Shown: positions 32,920 to 47,170, counted from the first letter of the stretch. The stretch: 64,000 nt of DNA from Chrysomallon squamiferum (GCA_012295275.1 CM022676.1:13888001-13952000); one strand, 5' to 3'. Program-made: numbers and translations. Notes: generated by a model not told the origin, from the sequence alone.

Positions 32920-34981
32920 CCATGAATGTTATCGCGTTGCCTAAGATCTATATTTATTTATTTATTTATTTATTTATTTATTGATACATCCATTCATTTT
33001 ATCCTCGCGGTGTTCACTACAGACAAACAACCACTGACCAGCCATGTTAGACAACTGGATTGAAGTCTGCTTTGTATTTGCAACGTGCGAGGGTTGGTGT
33101 ACCCTTAAATGAAATAAATCAGACTTACCACGTATTTGAAAACAACAATAAGATGGAAATAATAAATTCAGTATGAGCTGATATCATACCTCTTCAAACA
33201 AACAAACAAACAAACAAATAAATAAATAAATAAAAGATTATAATAAATATTTATATATATTGAAACCATAGAATTAAATAAATAAATTAATTAGCCAAAA
33301 CAGGACTGAAAACCAACCAAATACCTGTCGTACTGATTTGCATATATCTCTTGAACCGCTGTACATAATTTTGTGTGTGTTTTGTTTCATTTTGCTACAG
33401 CTTTCATTATGTGCTAATTAAAGTCAGAAAAAAATTATCTGCCGGTACTATGTTTATTTTCTATCATCTCATCATTAATTCATACAAAAATCTGTAACAG
33501 GCTGAGTATGCCAGCATATTACACTAATTTACTCAGTCTGTGAGGTTTCCTTTTACATATCTCATATTTAATGATATATAAATCAATTTAAAAAAAAAAA
33601 AAAAAAAAATATTGTGTAACTCATCCTTTATTTACTCGCTTGTTAAAATAGTGTTATACTTTATTATTAGGAAACGCTGGTACCAGTAAAACTGTAATAT
33701 ACAAAATACACTAGGTCTATTATAGCATGACATGTATTCATTAAGTTCAACTTTTATAAGTAAAATTAACCAGTTTTATCATCCATTAGTTTCAAGCATA
33801 TTTATCATTTCTTTATTTAGTCATCGACATGTGTTTTCATCAGCCTGTCATCTATATTAAACTTATTGTTTTCACATTTAGCAAATTCTCTAATTTCAAT
33901 ACTAATCAAATAAGCAAGAAAGAGATAACTTGTATATTAAAATAGATTAACAATTTATTGTTTTAAATAATTATAATATAAAATATAATGTAAATATATT
34001 TCAGTTTCTAACAGTGTTATAGAAACATATTTAATATTTGCAAAAGTGCACACATGAATGTAAGCAGAATTTGCAGAATTTGCAGAATTTACACCGTATA
34101 GAAATAATGGCCTTTATAATAAAGTTAGAAATCACCATTTTGTTATTATCATTATTTTTATTTTTCAATATCATCATTTATTTATAGATTAATTGATTTA
34201 TCATCTACAAAATCTTCCTGTATTGTCATGTAAATGTCTCCATTTTAATCATCTTTATCATCCTTATCATCATTATCATCATCTAGATGCATAATATCAG
34301 TTATTAATACAGGGCAGTAATGTCGTAAAATATTATTTTAAATCTTTGTTTGCAGGATATGTTTTGATTAAATTATCTTGCACAATTTTTTATTAATTTT
34401 CTCATTTTTAAATCCCTTCTAATTATTATTGTCTAAACCAAATTAAGCCATTGCTAAATTTAACAGAAATATTTAAGCATTATTAATATTTATTATTACA
34501 TGCATGTAAAACCAACACACTACCTATAGCATTTGATTAATTTAAAATTTTTTTTTTTTTTTTTCTGTTAGTTTCCTACACTGTACATACACAAAATGGG
34601 CTGGAAAGGTCAGCTACCTACAGCAAACATTAACAATAAACAGTATAAAATTATACAGTTTGTGTAATGACAGCATCTACAGGTACATGAATAAGAAACA
34701 ATATATATATCTCACTTAATGCCATTAAATTTTCTTTATTATTTACAACAAATAATTCTGAAATGTGTATTATTTATTTATTTATTTTTAAAAATGCTGG
34801 TGTCAGATATAGTTCATAGCCTGTAACACACTGCATAATTATTTTTCTTTTCTATTTGTAATTTTTGTTTTACAAATCCTGGTATGTGCTTTTAATACTT
34901 GAATATTGGCTGTGATACTGATAGCCTTACCTTATTGCTGTGAATAAATATCTCAAAGTGTCTTTTGAATTTGTCCTATTC

Positions 34982-35062
<81 letters not shown>

Positions 35063-35449
35063 AACACTTTATTTAACCACTGGATACCAAATGTCTGTTG
35101 TTTTCCTTGTTTTTATTTATGTATTAGTTTATTTGTTTATTTCTTCTTTTCTTTTGTTTTGTTTTGTTTATTTATTTATTTATTTATAATATCGAACATT
35201 TAGAAAAAAAAAAAAGAACAACAAAACAAACTTCAACATATAGACAGCAGATAATATTTCTTTGAAAAGATTACTAAGAAGACGAGAATTGAATTCATGG
35301 TAAAGATGGTTAATGGAAATAAAAATAATTTTGTAAAGATGAAGCAACCTTACTGAGAAACGAAGAGAAAGATAATAATCATTAAAAAATAGAAATTCAT
35401 TATTATATATCTATATATATATCTATATATTTGTTTTGTATTGTCCATC

Positions 35450-37570
35450 CCTTCAAAACCCGTAGGATATTAGTCATATCACAGTTTGAGGTAACTAACT
35501 CCCCCAAAATATTCTTAGAATGACAACCAAAATAAATGAACCATGAAACCTTCTGAATACGTTGGGACAGGTCCTGGACTACATGGGAGGTAACTCACTA
35601 AAAGCAGACGGGAAGCGGATTCGACACAGTTGTTTCCCTTAACGTCACTTGTATCATTGGCCCTTACTAACTTAGATTACGTTTCTTTTTGTGTCGTGTT
35701 CGGACCATCTCTTATCTCAGCCATTTATTGATATAACAGCATCTTGATATATTTGTGTCATACCATCCAGTGCCGAACCATTCTTAGAGGCAGGGTTAAA
35801 GGATGCTATATGTTTCACTTTTTCACATCTTGTCTAAGGTAAACAATATCTCAGGTTTTTCAGTTGAGATTTCCTTTCTGATCGAAAAAACAGTGTAGTA
35901 GAAACAGAACGCTGTAAACAGATCTGTATCTTCGCCTGCTAGTTGATGAAGACAGAACTAGAACATTTAACAGAGTTTTTTCTATCAACACATTATCATC
36001 ACTATCTGCATTTAAAGACTCGATACCTCTGTCCTCCAGTTTTCCATCAACAAACGGATGAAGTGCTGTGCTTATTATTCCTTTTCTGATGTCAGTGTCA
36101 TTCTCAGTCACAATGAGACCCGTGAACCGACTTTCTTCTCCTTTAGTAACATTTTGCCAGATGGACCTGGTGAAAAACTAAAATGGGATTATCTTAATAC
36201 CTTTTGACAAGCCTGATAATCTGTTCACAGATCTACCGAATGGAGTCATGTTAGTTCCAATGGATTCTGTGAAAGACTGATTCTCCACCCAACACATGAT
36301 AATCAGTGATGATAGTAGATGGAATGCCACCCAGTAATGGCCTGTTCGCCTCTCGCAGATGTCTAACCGAGCTGTTTGTTGACGTGGTACTTCATGTTTA
36401 AACAAGTTATTTAAATCATTGCCAGTCTTAATATCAGCTACAACAGGAAGTCTTCGAAAGTGCAGTTGAGGATCTACTCGGACAACAATAGTTTCATTAT
36501 CTTTGGAAGTAGACTTTTGTCCCATTATTCTGACTGAGACTCTTTTAACGGAATATTCTTATGAAGGGTTGCAGTAGTGACGTGAACAGTTATATGTAGA
36601 TCAGCAGTGACTTGTCTGTAATTACTCCAATCGCTATGTTTACAATGTGGTCCGACTGTTGAAATTGTACATATAATCTGTGTCTTCTCCGTACCTGATA
36701 TCCTTAACTGCAACTTTGCAATAATGGATCTAAGTAAGAATCTGGATTCCCTAGTTGACAGATGTTCATGCTGGCAAAATTAGCAGCCATCACGTTCTCT
36801 AGGTGTCCTCCAAGTGGCGATCACAGATTACATCTCCCACTGATTTAAGTTGTTGATTAGCTGGATTACAAGGTCCGTGAAGAGGCCAGCCCCAAACCTG
36901 TCGTTCTTTCGCTATTCAAAACAGAAAACATTCCATAAAATAAGAGCTGGAATTCTGCAGGATGCCCGTGTATTTCACTGAGGGTTCCATTAGCCAATGT
37001 GTGACCCCGGAAAGCTCTAACGTAGACTTTGCCATTTAGGAAATAGTTTACATCATTTTCCGGAACAGGTGACTTGAATCACGTCCCTAAAACCTCAGGC
37101 GTTCTATTAGGTGCTCAAGGCAGTAAAGATAGGACATCCTGGTGTCATGAATTATTGTGCTTGTTTTAACCGTGAATGTTGATGAAAGATAAGGACTGAA
37201 CTGTGCTATGATTCCTCTTTCCAGAGGCAACGAATAACAAAGTGGAATATACTACAAGACGTGTTGGTGTGATTCATATCCATCATGGTAGGAAGAGAAG
37301 AATTGATTTCCCAGGAAGATCATCCTTGCATTCTGACTGCATCATTCCTGACCATTCAGTTCTTCTGAGACGAAGTCGCTAGGATGTCGTCCTGAGAAGA
37401 TGAAGCTTGACTTCACGTCTTCTGTAGTTGTATGTATGTTGTTCTGTATGTCAGGCATGTTTTCGTGCACTGGTGCTGAGACCTGTCCAAGAAATCTGTT
37501 ACAATATCGGGTTGCACTGTTTGCTTAAAGGACTTGATGCGATGAATTTGCGAGTCTTGGTATATGCCAC
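35450..37570 (-). mobile_element. Heavily decayed large-ORF DNA transposon relic (family uncertain, possibly CMC/EnSpm-Chapaev-like)
   Basis: GC-elevated block with many stops and frameshifts. Minus-strand fragments RKNDRFGAGLFTDLVIQ, VDPQLHFRRL...LFKHE, ADSDDNVLIEKT and VIVTENDTDI resemble motifs recalled from uncharacterised invertebrate transposon ORFs (RRSDRFWAGLSxDLxIEQ, DPQLLFQRL, DADxLIVxTA, EDTDL). Ends are not defined. Confidence 0.5.
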
Positions 37571-37830
37571 TTCTCTGTCCATTTTTAACATTTTTAATTA
37601 TTTCTTTTTTTCTGGATGTTTGTATTTGTTTATACAATATAATTTTTATTTATTGGTTTATTTGTATATTTATTTGTTTATTTCTGTACGTTTGTATTTA
37701 TTTATACAATTTAATTTGTATTTGTTGGTTTATTTGTATATTTATTTATTTATTTCTGTATGTTTGTATTTGTTTCTACAATTTAATTTTTCTTTGTTGG
37801 TTTATTTGTATATTTATTTATTTATTTATT

Positions 37831-37903
<73 letters not shown>

Positions 37904-38711
37904 TTACTATTTAAATTCTCTTCACTACATTTAATATTAGTTTAAATATTTGCTACTGCCGCGTACGAGTCAGTCAGTTCACCTAAGCACATTTGTCTTA
38001 TTGTTATCGGCTGCACGTGTATTTCTATCTGTCCTTGCATATTAGTCAGATCTCTCACATTCGTATCCAAATTTGTATTTACGTCAGAACTGTTTACCAC
38101 AACGTGATCAAACTGAAAATGATATCGACCAACGTTGATGACAGCATAGCAAAAATTAATGTGTTAATATTTCAACTGTTTGTGACTAGTGTTCAACATC
38201 GACTTTGAATATACAGCTTCGTTCTTCACAGGTTAAGTTTACTGTATATTTACTTTCATCTTCCATCATCATCATCATCATTATCGTTGTTGTAATAATA
38301 ATAACAATAATAACGATAATAATGATGATGATGTTGTTGTTGATGATGATTATATTAATGAAAATAACAATAATAATAATAAAATATATATTGTTAACGT
38401 AGATACCTCTACCTGTAGACATTTCCATTAATTTTCAATTTAACTCTTCGAGGTTTCGTACATAAAGGTTAATTTCTGCGTTATTATTATTATTATTATT
38501 ATTATTATTGTTGTTGTTATTATTATTATTATTATTGTTATTGTTATAATAATTATTATTATTGTTATTTTATTATTATTATTAAGATTATTATTGTTAT
38601 TATTGTTGTTAGATAGATAGATGGATAGATAAATAAAGAAGAGAGACAGACAGGGCCACAGAGAGAGAGAGATAAATAATATATATTTGCACCATTCTCT
38701 TCTTCAGTAAG

Positions 38712-38897
38712 ATGAACGTGTGGCAGCTGACAGTTGTTTGTGTTCTTGTTTTGCTCGGTGAGGTGGAATCATGCAATCCAGGGGAACTGATAAACAAACA
38801 TTTCCAGCCATGTACGTACACATTTCCAAAAGAAATCCAAAGCACCGCTTCCAAATTCGAGCTGCCCTGCAGACGTCTCCGATTATGCTATGCCTGT
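38712..38897 (+). CDS. Exon 1 of a secreted conodipine-like / group IX phospholipase A2-like protein
   Basis: ATG plus signal-peptide-like MNVWQLTVVCVLVLLGEVES, then FELPCRRLRLCYAC and a phase-0 donor gtaaat. An acceptor (ttcttcag) lies just upstream of the ATG. Confidence 0.75.
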
Positions 38898-38924
38898 GTA
38901 AATTATATTCTTATAATAATAATA

Positions 38925-39033
<109 letters not shown>

Positions 39034-39338
39034 GTAATAGTAATAATAATAATAATAGTAATAATAAGGATAATAAGGATAATGATGATAATAATAATAA
39101 TTACAATGATAATGATAATTATATTAATACAAATTATTATTATTATTATTATAGAAATATGAAAACATAGACACAGAGAAGTATAAACATACAGACAAAT
39201 AAATACGTACAAATGCAGAAAAATATGTAAACATTTGGAACTGAAGAGAGACGTAGATTTACATAGAAGCATGTATACATATAGAAAAATAAAGCTCACA
39301 GTTCTACGTTTGTTGAAACATTTCTATTTCGTTTGAAG

Positions 39339-39533
39339 GGCAGACAGATAGAGGTTTCGAAAGAGTTGTGTGATTTGATGTTCTACAAGCATCTGGAAAG
39401 CGCTTGCGATTTCGAAGATCATTGCTTCCAAACAGTTATGAACTTTTATGTAGAAAACACAAAACAACAACTTCTGAACCAAATACCTCCGACTTGGTGC
39501 AGACAAAACTGGGTTACCATTTGCGTAATTTGA
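39339..39533 (+). CDS. Exon 2 of the conodipine/PLA2-like protein (126 aa in total)
   Basis: tttgaag acceptor, phase 0. GRQIEVSKELCDLMFYKHLESAC...HCFQTVMNFY...PTWCRQNWVTICVI* fits the CDxxF...C...C...Y...WCxxxWVxxC pattern. Confidence 0.75.
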   Translation, partial: GRQIEVSKELCDLMFYKHLESACDFEDHCFQTVMNFYVENTKQQLLNQIPPTWCRQNWVTICVI

Positions 39534-39774
39534 TAACAGCCATTAGAAGACGCCGGGCTCATTCGTATTTCTTTTGTAATATCAGTGTTAATTTTGCTAA
39601 CAGCAATATATCCATGAATAAAACTTTTAGAAAGTTGCTAAATACTTACTTTATACGTTAATCAAACAATTAATTTAATTATTTATTTATTTATTTATTT
39701 ATTAATGTATAATTTTTGAACATGCTTTGGAATTGAATTATTATTATTTGTATTATTATCGTTGTCAATAGAAA

Positions 39775-40745
39775 TATGAGTGTCAGTGTGTGTATGTGCC
39801 AGTATATAAATATGAGTGTCTGTGTTTCAGTATATAAATATTACAGAGTGTATGTGTCAATACAAATATCAACGTTTGTCCGTGTTAGTATATAAATATT
39901 CGTCTCAGTACATGTCAGTATAAAAATTGAGTGTCTGTATATAAATATCAGTCTGTATACGTGCTAGTGTTTATATGTCAACATCAACATGCGTTTCTAT
40001 ATATGTCAGTATACATATCAGTGTGTGTATTTGTCAGCATATAAATACCAGTATATGTGCATGTCAGAATAAATATCTGTTTACGTATGTGCCAGTATAT
40101 AAATGTTAGTGCGCGCACACACACACACACATATACATATATTGTATATTTAAGCTGTATACCAGTGTGTATGTCTGTATCAGTATATGTATGTATCAGT
40201 ATGAAAATGTCCATGTGTATGTGTCAGTATGTCTATGTTTCAGTGTAGTTGTTTTTTCTCAGTTTGTATATGTCAGTATGTACGATTGTCACTGGGTGTC
40301 ACTGTGTATGCATGCCAGTGTGAATGTGTCATTATGTGTGCCTTTAGTGTGCGTTATTATGTATTCAGGTTGGCGGTGTATGTGCTATTACGTGTGTTTT
40401 CATTGTTTCACTGTGAGTGTGTCTGAATGTATTCATGGTAATGTGTGTCCCTACGTATCACTCTGTATGTATTCGTATGTGCCGGTTTGTGTGTTTGATA
40501 ATGTATGCATTTTTCTGTGAATGTGGATGTGTGCGTGTATCTGTGCATATATTTGTCAGTGGGTATATGTCAAGGAATGTTTTAGTGTATGTATGCACCA
40601 GTTTTGATACGTCAGTATATATGAATACATATTTCTGTAAGTAAATGCCTTTAAACGTGTGTGTGTGTGTGTTTTTATGTGTGCGTGTGTATGAATATAT
40701 ATATATATATATATATATATGCAGAGATAGATAGATAGATAGATA
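39775..40745. repeat. Degenerate TG-rich low-complexity tract (gtgtcagtatataaat-like units)
   Basis: Recurrent tgtcagtat/atataaat words, ending in (TG)n, (TA)n and (GATA)n. Confidence 0.6.
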
Positions 40746-42640
40746 CATCAAATTGCTGTAGATTTTATTTCGAACTCAAAAGAAGAGGCCCTATTTAAAA
40801 TTATTTTATTTCTGTGTTATTTATACGTTTAATAGCTCATAGGCAGCGTGTTTTATTACATAATCTGAGTGTATATAATATGAATACGTTCTGAAATAGA
40901 CGAATTCATATCGTGTTTTGCCTATCACTATCTCATCTAAGACAGGCGATTGTTTTGCTTTCAAAATTCTTGCGAGAACGGCCAATTAAGAATCCTTAAT
41001 CCTAAACTATACTAGATAACGGAATAATGTATTTAGAGGTATTGATAGAAAGCCTAATAAAAAGCTAATGACTTTTCATCAATATCATAAAATTATAAAT
41101 TGATCAATTTAAAACAGATTTTTTTTGTTTGTTGATAAGCCCCATCACAGAATATTTCAACAATGGTCAGATGAGAGGTATGATAGGTACCACACCTTTA
41201 GTACATGAAATGCTGTTATTTTCATTTTTTCGAGTAACAGTTGTATATATAGACTGTACTTGTGCAATGTAAAATCTTGGTTTTGTAATTCCTTTCAAGG
41301 CAATACTTAACATAAAACCCCAAAATTAAAAGAACCCTCACTGGATGTTACTGATGACATGACATTTTCCTTCTAAACCAACCATAAAATAATACTGATT
41401 AAATCATTCTTTTTTTAGATGTTTAAAGTAGTCGATCTGAGTAAGTTAATGCATGTTTAGCAACATGATCCAGTCATTGTAACGTTTTGCTTGACTTCTT
41501 TCCGTGTCATCAGTCACATCCGATCATATTGTTGTTGCTTTTTAAATAATGGCCTTTAACATCAACAAAGAGTCTCAAACTATCTTCTAGTTCTTAAATT
41601 TATGAAAAATAAAAGTAAGACTTTCCATTAATATTAGAATTTCCACTTAAAAATAATTTTCAAACTAGTCCCTATGTGTCACACGTCAAGGCTCAGCTTT
41701 TAAGATTGGGTTATTATATATATTTGTGTGTATGACTGACTGACATCACTTGCTTTGTTTTATTCGTGACAAAATTTCTGTAATGATTAGAATGTAGCTT
41801 ACAGGCGCACTACACGTTACACACATATCAGTAACACCATCAATGTCTTTATGTTTTACACTGTGTGGATAAAAAGAAACACACATTATTATTATTATTA
41901 TTATTATTATCATCATTATTATTATTATTGTTGTTGTTGTTATTATTGTTATTATTATTAAAACTATTTGATATTCAAAACAATGACAATGGAAAGTAGT
42001 TTTACTTTGTACTGTAGCGTTTAAAAACATCACGATACGAACGAGTGAACTGAAAGATCTTGAAAAGCAGCGAAGCAATAATTTCTACTATTCATACTGG
42101 CCTGTAGGATGTTTTTATAGTCATGATTGACAAAACATTCATTCAAGATATCAGTAAGCGGCGTAAATCTACAGAAAACAATATTAAGATCCTGAAAGAA
42201 AAGATGTACATTGTTTCCAAGGGCTGTCTTTAATTTTACAAAAGCTGTGTTAATGTATGAAACACGATATGTATTCTCATTTTAGACAAATATATATATA
42301 TATATACGCACGCACGCAGTCGCTGACATATAGACTACATCCGTAATTCAGATACACACATACAAACCCACACAAAGATGGACACTATGACGAAGATAAA
42401 TAATCTCGTCTTCAGTTAACGCAAAACCCGATTATCTATAAAACTGTGATTCATTAGATACATTTGTTTTACGTATAAAAACATAAAGTATTTGACTAAA
42501 ATAATGTTTGTTTTTTCATATCTAAACTTGAGACTATCTACTTTTATATATGAGATAGATTATTATTGATTATTATTATTATTATTTTGAAATTTGTTAA
42601 CCCGCGTGGCTTAGCTTTTATCTTTGATTCCTCGGTTCAG

Positions 42641-42817
42641 ACGAAGTTGAGGTTCATGTTGTGTTTCGGGAAGCTACAAGCGAACTGTTGCACGTGACAG
42701 CGGTTCCGTTTGATGGAGACAAGGGCACGTGAGAGAATTTCAAACTTTGGCCTTGCTTTGATACGCGTTTCGCGGCGGTATCTATAAGAGACTTGTCTAA
42801 CATTGTCATCAGGAAGA
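42641..42817 (+). pseudogene. Candidate decayed coding exon of an unknown gene
   Basis: ttcag acceptor, 177 nt, phase 1-1. EVEVHVVFREATSELLHVTAVPFDGDKGT*ENFKLWPCFDTRFAAVSIRDLSNIVIRK has a single TGA at 42730, possibly a former TGG. Donor gtaatc. Confidence 0.4.
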
Positions 42818-42870
42818 GTAATCTTTGTGTGTGTATCTGACAGTAATTACAAATGTAGAGTGTATATGTC

Positions 42871-42920
<50 letters not shown>

Positions 42921-42949
42921 CGCGCGTGCGCGCGTTAACGTAATAACTT

Positions 42950-43268
42950 GACTCTCCAGTGACAGATTCCGTCATTAATTATTTTAACTGATGTTTCCAC
43001 AAAATCGTAAATCATGTAGTTGCGATTGTTATACTTCATAACATTACCAGACATATTCCCTATACAAATAAATAACCCAAACTGTAACCTTGTTGATGTG
43101 TTATTTACCTAGTTGATACAGATGTGTGTGTTTGAGTGTGTGTGTGTATGTGTGTCACGGTGTCAATGCTTAAAGTGCTCGTTATGATACCTAGGGGATT
43201 AGAACACTATGACGTGTTAAAGAGTGACAGTAATATATGATACCGACCACTTTAAGCATTGACACCAT

Positions 43269-43276
<8 letters not shown>
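42950..43276 (+). repeat. About 320-bp segment shared in inverted orientation with 23548-23868, containing a 29-bp-arm hairpin
   Basis: gactctccagtgacagattccgtcattaatt... matches the palindrome spacer. Hairpin arms at 43149-43177 and 43248-43276. Confidence 0.9.
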
Positions 43277-43327
<51 letters not shown>

Positions 43328-43541
43328 ACAGACAAACACTGTATTAAAGTGTGTTTCTGTGATGATATAATTTAAAACAGTTTTTTATTTATTTATTATC
43401 TTTATAAATTATCTAATGATCTGTGTTAGTGAAATTTTAGGCAAGCTGATATAAATATCTCACTCTTGAACAGAAATTAGTCTTAAGAAGAAGAGGAACG
43501 CCATACGAGAATTACCAAGTACATTTTTCCTTTATTATACA

Positions 43542-43644
<103 letters not shown>

Positions 43645-44448
43645 GATGTGTTGTTGTTAAACACAGAATGAGAACAGAATACAGATATCAAGTGTAGTTA
43701 TAGGATCTGCTCTGTCTAGTATCTGTTTGCTTATTTCCTAACCTAACCAGTACTCCAACCAAAATATTATGTAACAAATGTTAAATGTTAACATAACAGT
43801 AGAAAAAGCCAGTACACAGGCAAATTTTAACCTTGAATCCTGTCTCAGAACATGACTTATTATTTTACAGCTTTGTCTATTACACAGTTTCTGCAGAAAA
43901 GAAAGAAAAATATAATACTTCATACATTTATTTGTTTGTCTATATGGTTCATCTGTTTACATTTTAACAAGAAATTAAATACAAAAATAAACCAACTGAA
44001 CATTCAGAAAAAAAACAACAAGAAAAAGCAAAGAAGATATTTATGAATCTGCGTTTCGTTTATTTATATATCATACAAACATAAATGAACAGACATACAG
44101 TTGATAATATTATGCTTGATAATATCGATCTTAACACAAGAAGATGGATAAATGAATCAAATAACAGTTCTTACTGTGATGTCCAACAATCAGTAAATAC
44201 ATAATATATCTACATCAATCACCGGATAAAAAATGCATAAAGAACAACAACAGCAATGACAATAATAAAGCAATCGGATATTTATTTACACTATAGACAG
44301 AGAATCCATTACAAAGTTTCAAATCAAATGTATGACGTCATCCCTGCTATTCGAATACATCAGAAATAAAAACGTAAATAAATAAATAAAACAAAAAATA
44401 TTACCCCAGTGATGACTAACACTGACAATATTTGAACGATGTTGTTTT

Positions 44449-45582
44449 TTACACTGAAAATAACAAAGCAGGTATTTGTCCTGTCTTCACATGCGTACGA
44501 AGCTCTCCGCGACTGTGTTTAGATCTCTTGACTCAGAAAATCTACAAACAAAAGAGTCTACAACAATTTCAGATTTAACTTCAACTCCAAGCTCTGTGTA
44601 TCCTTCCTCAATATTAACAAACAAGCTGTAGTCAGTGTCTTTGGTAATCTTCACAGGACATCTGAACATGACGTCATACACGTCAGACACATGTTTATAC
44701 CTCTGGCCCAGTGTAGATCCGTTCATTATTGTGTCTGTTCTTGTGTCAGTGACGAAGGCGCTGACGTCGTAGATACGCGTTTCAGAGACGCCGTACATCT
44801 GAAATCCGCGCAGAAAAGCGTTTTTGTTGACACAGAAAGTAATGGCGTCAAATTCTTTACCAGAATATCGCAGATAGTATCTATGTAGTCTAACTAGCCG
44901 GTTTATTGTAATCTGTTTTCCACGACTCACTCCAGTTTTCATATTCCAGTTAAAAGGTGAAACATTTTCATCACTCTTCATCCAGTGTTTGAAAATCTTC
45001 TTTTGTTTTGTTTTAGTTCTCATGTTTGAGTTAAATGGTGGAACATCTTCATCTGAATAAAGGAAATATTTGAAAATTATGGATACTTCTTTCTCAGTGA
45101 GTATGTTAGTGGGTCTCACCTGTTTTACAAAATACGTCTGATCGAGTAATGGATACCGCACGTGATTCACTGCCTCTCCCAGTACTTCACGTCTGTTTTC
45201 TCCACTTCTTTGCTTCCCCTCTGCCCTGCACGCGCTGTCAGCCCACTTCACAGCGGCTTCAAAAACATTTTCCTCCTCTGTTGTCAGTTCGTTTGATCGT
45301 ATGATCTCAACCAGACATTCGTGACAAAGATCAGTGACTTCATCTGACTTCAAAACTTCGTCGCCATTTTCCAGAATGTATTCCAGAGCTTTCTTTCTTA
45401 GATCACGTTTATCAAACAGGTGAGCTTGTTCCAGCACGACGCATGCATTCTCTGACGACACCGACGACTCCAAATATTCCACACACTGCTGTTCGAGTGT
45501 TGTGATGAAGTACTTACTCGATAGATACAGGAGACCGATGACGTTGTTGCCTGTTAGGACGACGTCATCCGTATAAAGATAT
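44449..45582 (-). CDS. 3' exon of a BTB/POZ-BACK-PHR protein (BTBD1/2/3/6 family), with a frameshift near the C-terminus
   Basis: ttacacag acceptor, then YLYTDDVVLTGNNVIGLLYLSSKYF...CVEYL (end of BTB), EENVFEAAVKWA...HVRYPLL (BACK), and DAITFCVNK...GFQMYG...VMFRCPVKI...Y (PHR). GQIPALLF lies in another frame. The 5' BTB exon was not found. Confidence 0.85.
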
Positions 45583-46799
45583 CTGTGTAAAATAATGATT
45601 AGGAAGACTTATAAACGAGACATAATTATGAGAGCTTAAAAATAATTAGGCTACATTACTAACAGAAACTGTGTTGTTATCAATGTTCGTTCCTGAAAGT
45701 AAATTCCTGTCCCTCACTGTTTTCGTACATGTGTCTGTTAATGTGTGTTTGTGTTTCTGTGTCTGAGTGTTTGCTTGTTTTGATTCGTTAACAAACCTTA
45801 AGAATTCAGTGAAAATGTCTGGTTCTACATCAGGTATTATAATATCACTTTGTTCGCGAATTTAGATGCCTTGGTACCAGAAAACAGGAAGATCCAGAAT
45901 GCCTCAGGCCCCAAGGGGTCACGACAATTGGTCCGGTACTTCTATTTAGGTGATAGTATTACAACTACTGCTACTGCAACTGCTACTAATACTACTACTA
46001 GAATAATAATTAGAAGAAATAAAAATAATAATGTTATTTTTATTTTTATTTCTTCTTATTATTTTTTGTATTTATTATTGGTGTTTTTGGTGTTGTTATT
46101 ATTAAATATTCTTCGATATTTCTCATAAACCAGTGTGTTAGGTATAAAAAAATAAAAATAAAAAAACCTCGTTTACGAAAATTCGCACAAAACATGTATA
46201 GCCTTGACAAAATAGATTACAAGTTCAATAAGTCTGATCTGATTTAAGCAAAGTAATAACAGTACGGCATATAGTAAATTACAATAAAATACAAAATACC
46301 TACACATTTCAAAATAGCCCTCTGATTAAGGAAGTACGTTCTTGCTTGGTGAGTGTTTTCCTGGGACTGATAACGTTCTGTTTGACAGGTCACTGAAATA
46401 TCTTCTGTGTATCGCTGTTTACAAAGTCGTCTCCTCACGTCACGCCACCTTTAGCGATAAATACATGCACATATTTATTACATACAATGTGTGCCGTATA
46501 ATGTAACGTGTCTTTCAAACCTGTTACTATATATATGTGTCATTACTTATTTTATCTGTAAAATATTTATCTCTATTTCTCACAGTATACTGATGAAAAA
46601 CTGATCGCTAACAAGTGTCTGTTATGTACGCCAGATAAAAATAGTGTGCTAATAGTACTGGCGACAAGAAACGTTATAGCTAGGATCGTGAAAAATGAAA
46701 TTTAATGGTGAATCAGAAAATATGGGACACTCTTTTATTTGTACATGTTATGAGTCAAAGATGTGACACTAACCACGTTTATTATTTCTTGTATATAGA

Positions 46800-47170
46800 T
46801 ACTCTCCCCAAAAAGAAACGCAAAAGTAGATTTTATTGAAATTGGAAATATCTATCTAATGGATCAACAGAAAGCAGCAGAATGTTCACATTTTACACAC
46901 TTTCGAAATTCATTAATATTGATGGTATTACATTGTAAAGGTTAAAGTTCAAGGTTATAACAGTATAATATCAATACCTTGTGTGCCCACCATGGGAGTC
47001 CAGAACTGCCTGATATATCCTTCCCATAGCAGTAATGACATTACGAATTACACCTTGTGTAATGGTGGCCCACTCTGTCTGTAGTAATAATGCCAACTGA
47101 GCACGATTCTGTGGCTGTGGTTGATGCTGCCTCAGTCGTCTATCCAACTCGTCCCATAAATGCTCTATAG
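46800..47170 (-). mobile_element. Tc1/mariner element 3' end (transposase C-terminus and TIR)
   Basis: IEHLWDELDRRLR...LQTEWATI...AMGRIYQAVLDSHGGHTRY* is a typical Tc1 C-terminus. TIR-like actctccccaaaaagaaacgc at 46801. Confidence 0.85.

Noticed and set aside
41960-42130. About 48-codon open stretch upstream of the 42641 exon relic
   Set aside because: No clear splice sites or recognisable motif, so too weak to call.
42870-42935. (TG)n-(CG)n tract with Z-DNA potential
   Set aside because: Common microsatellite composition with no evidence of function.
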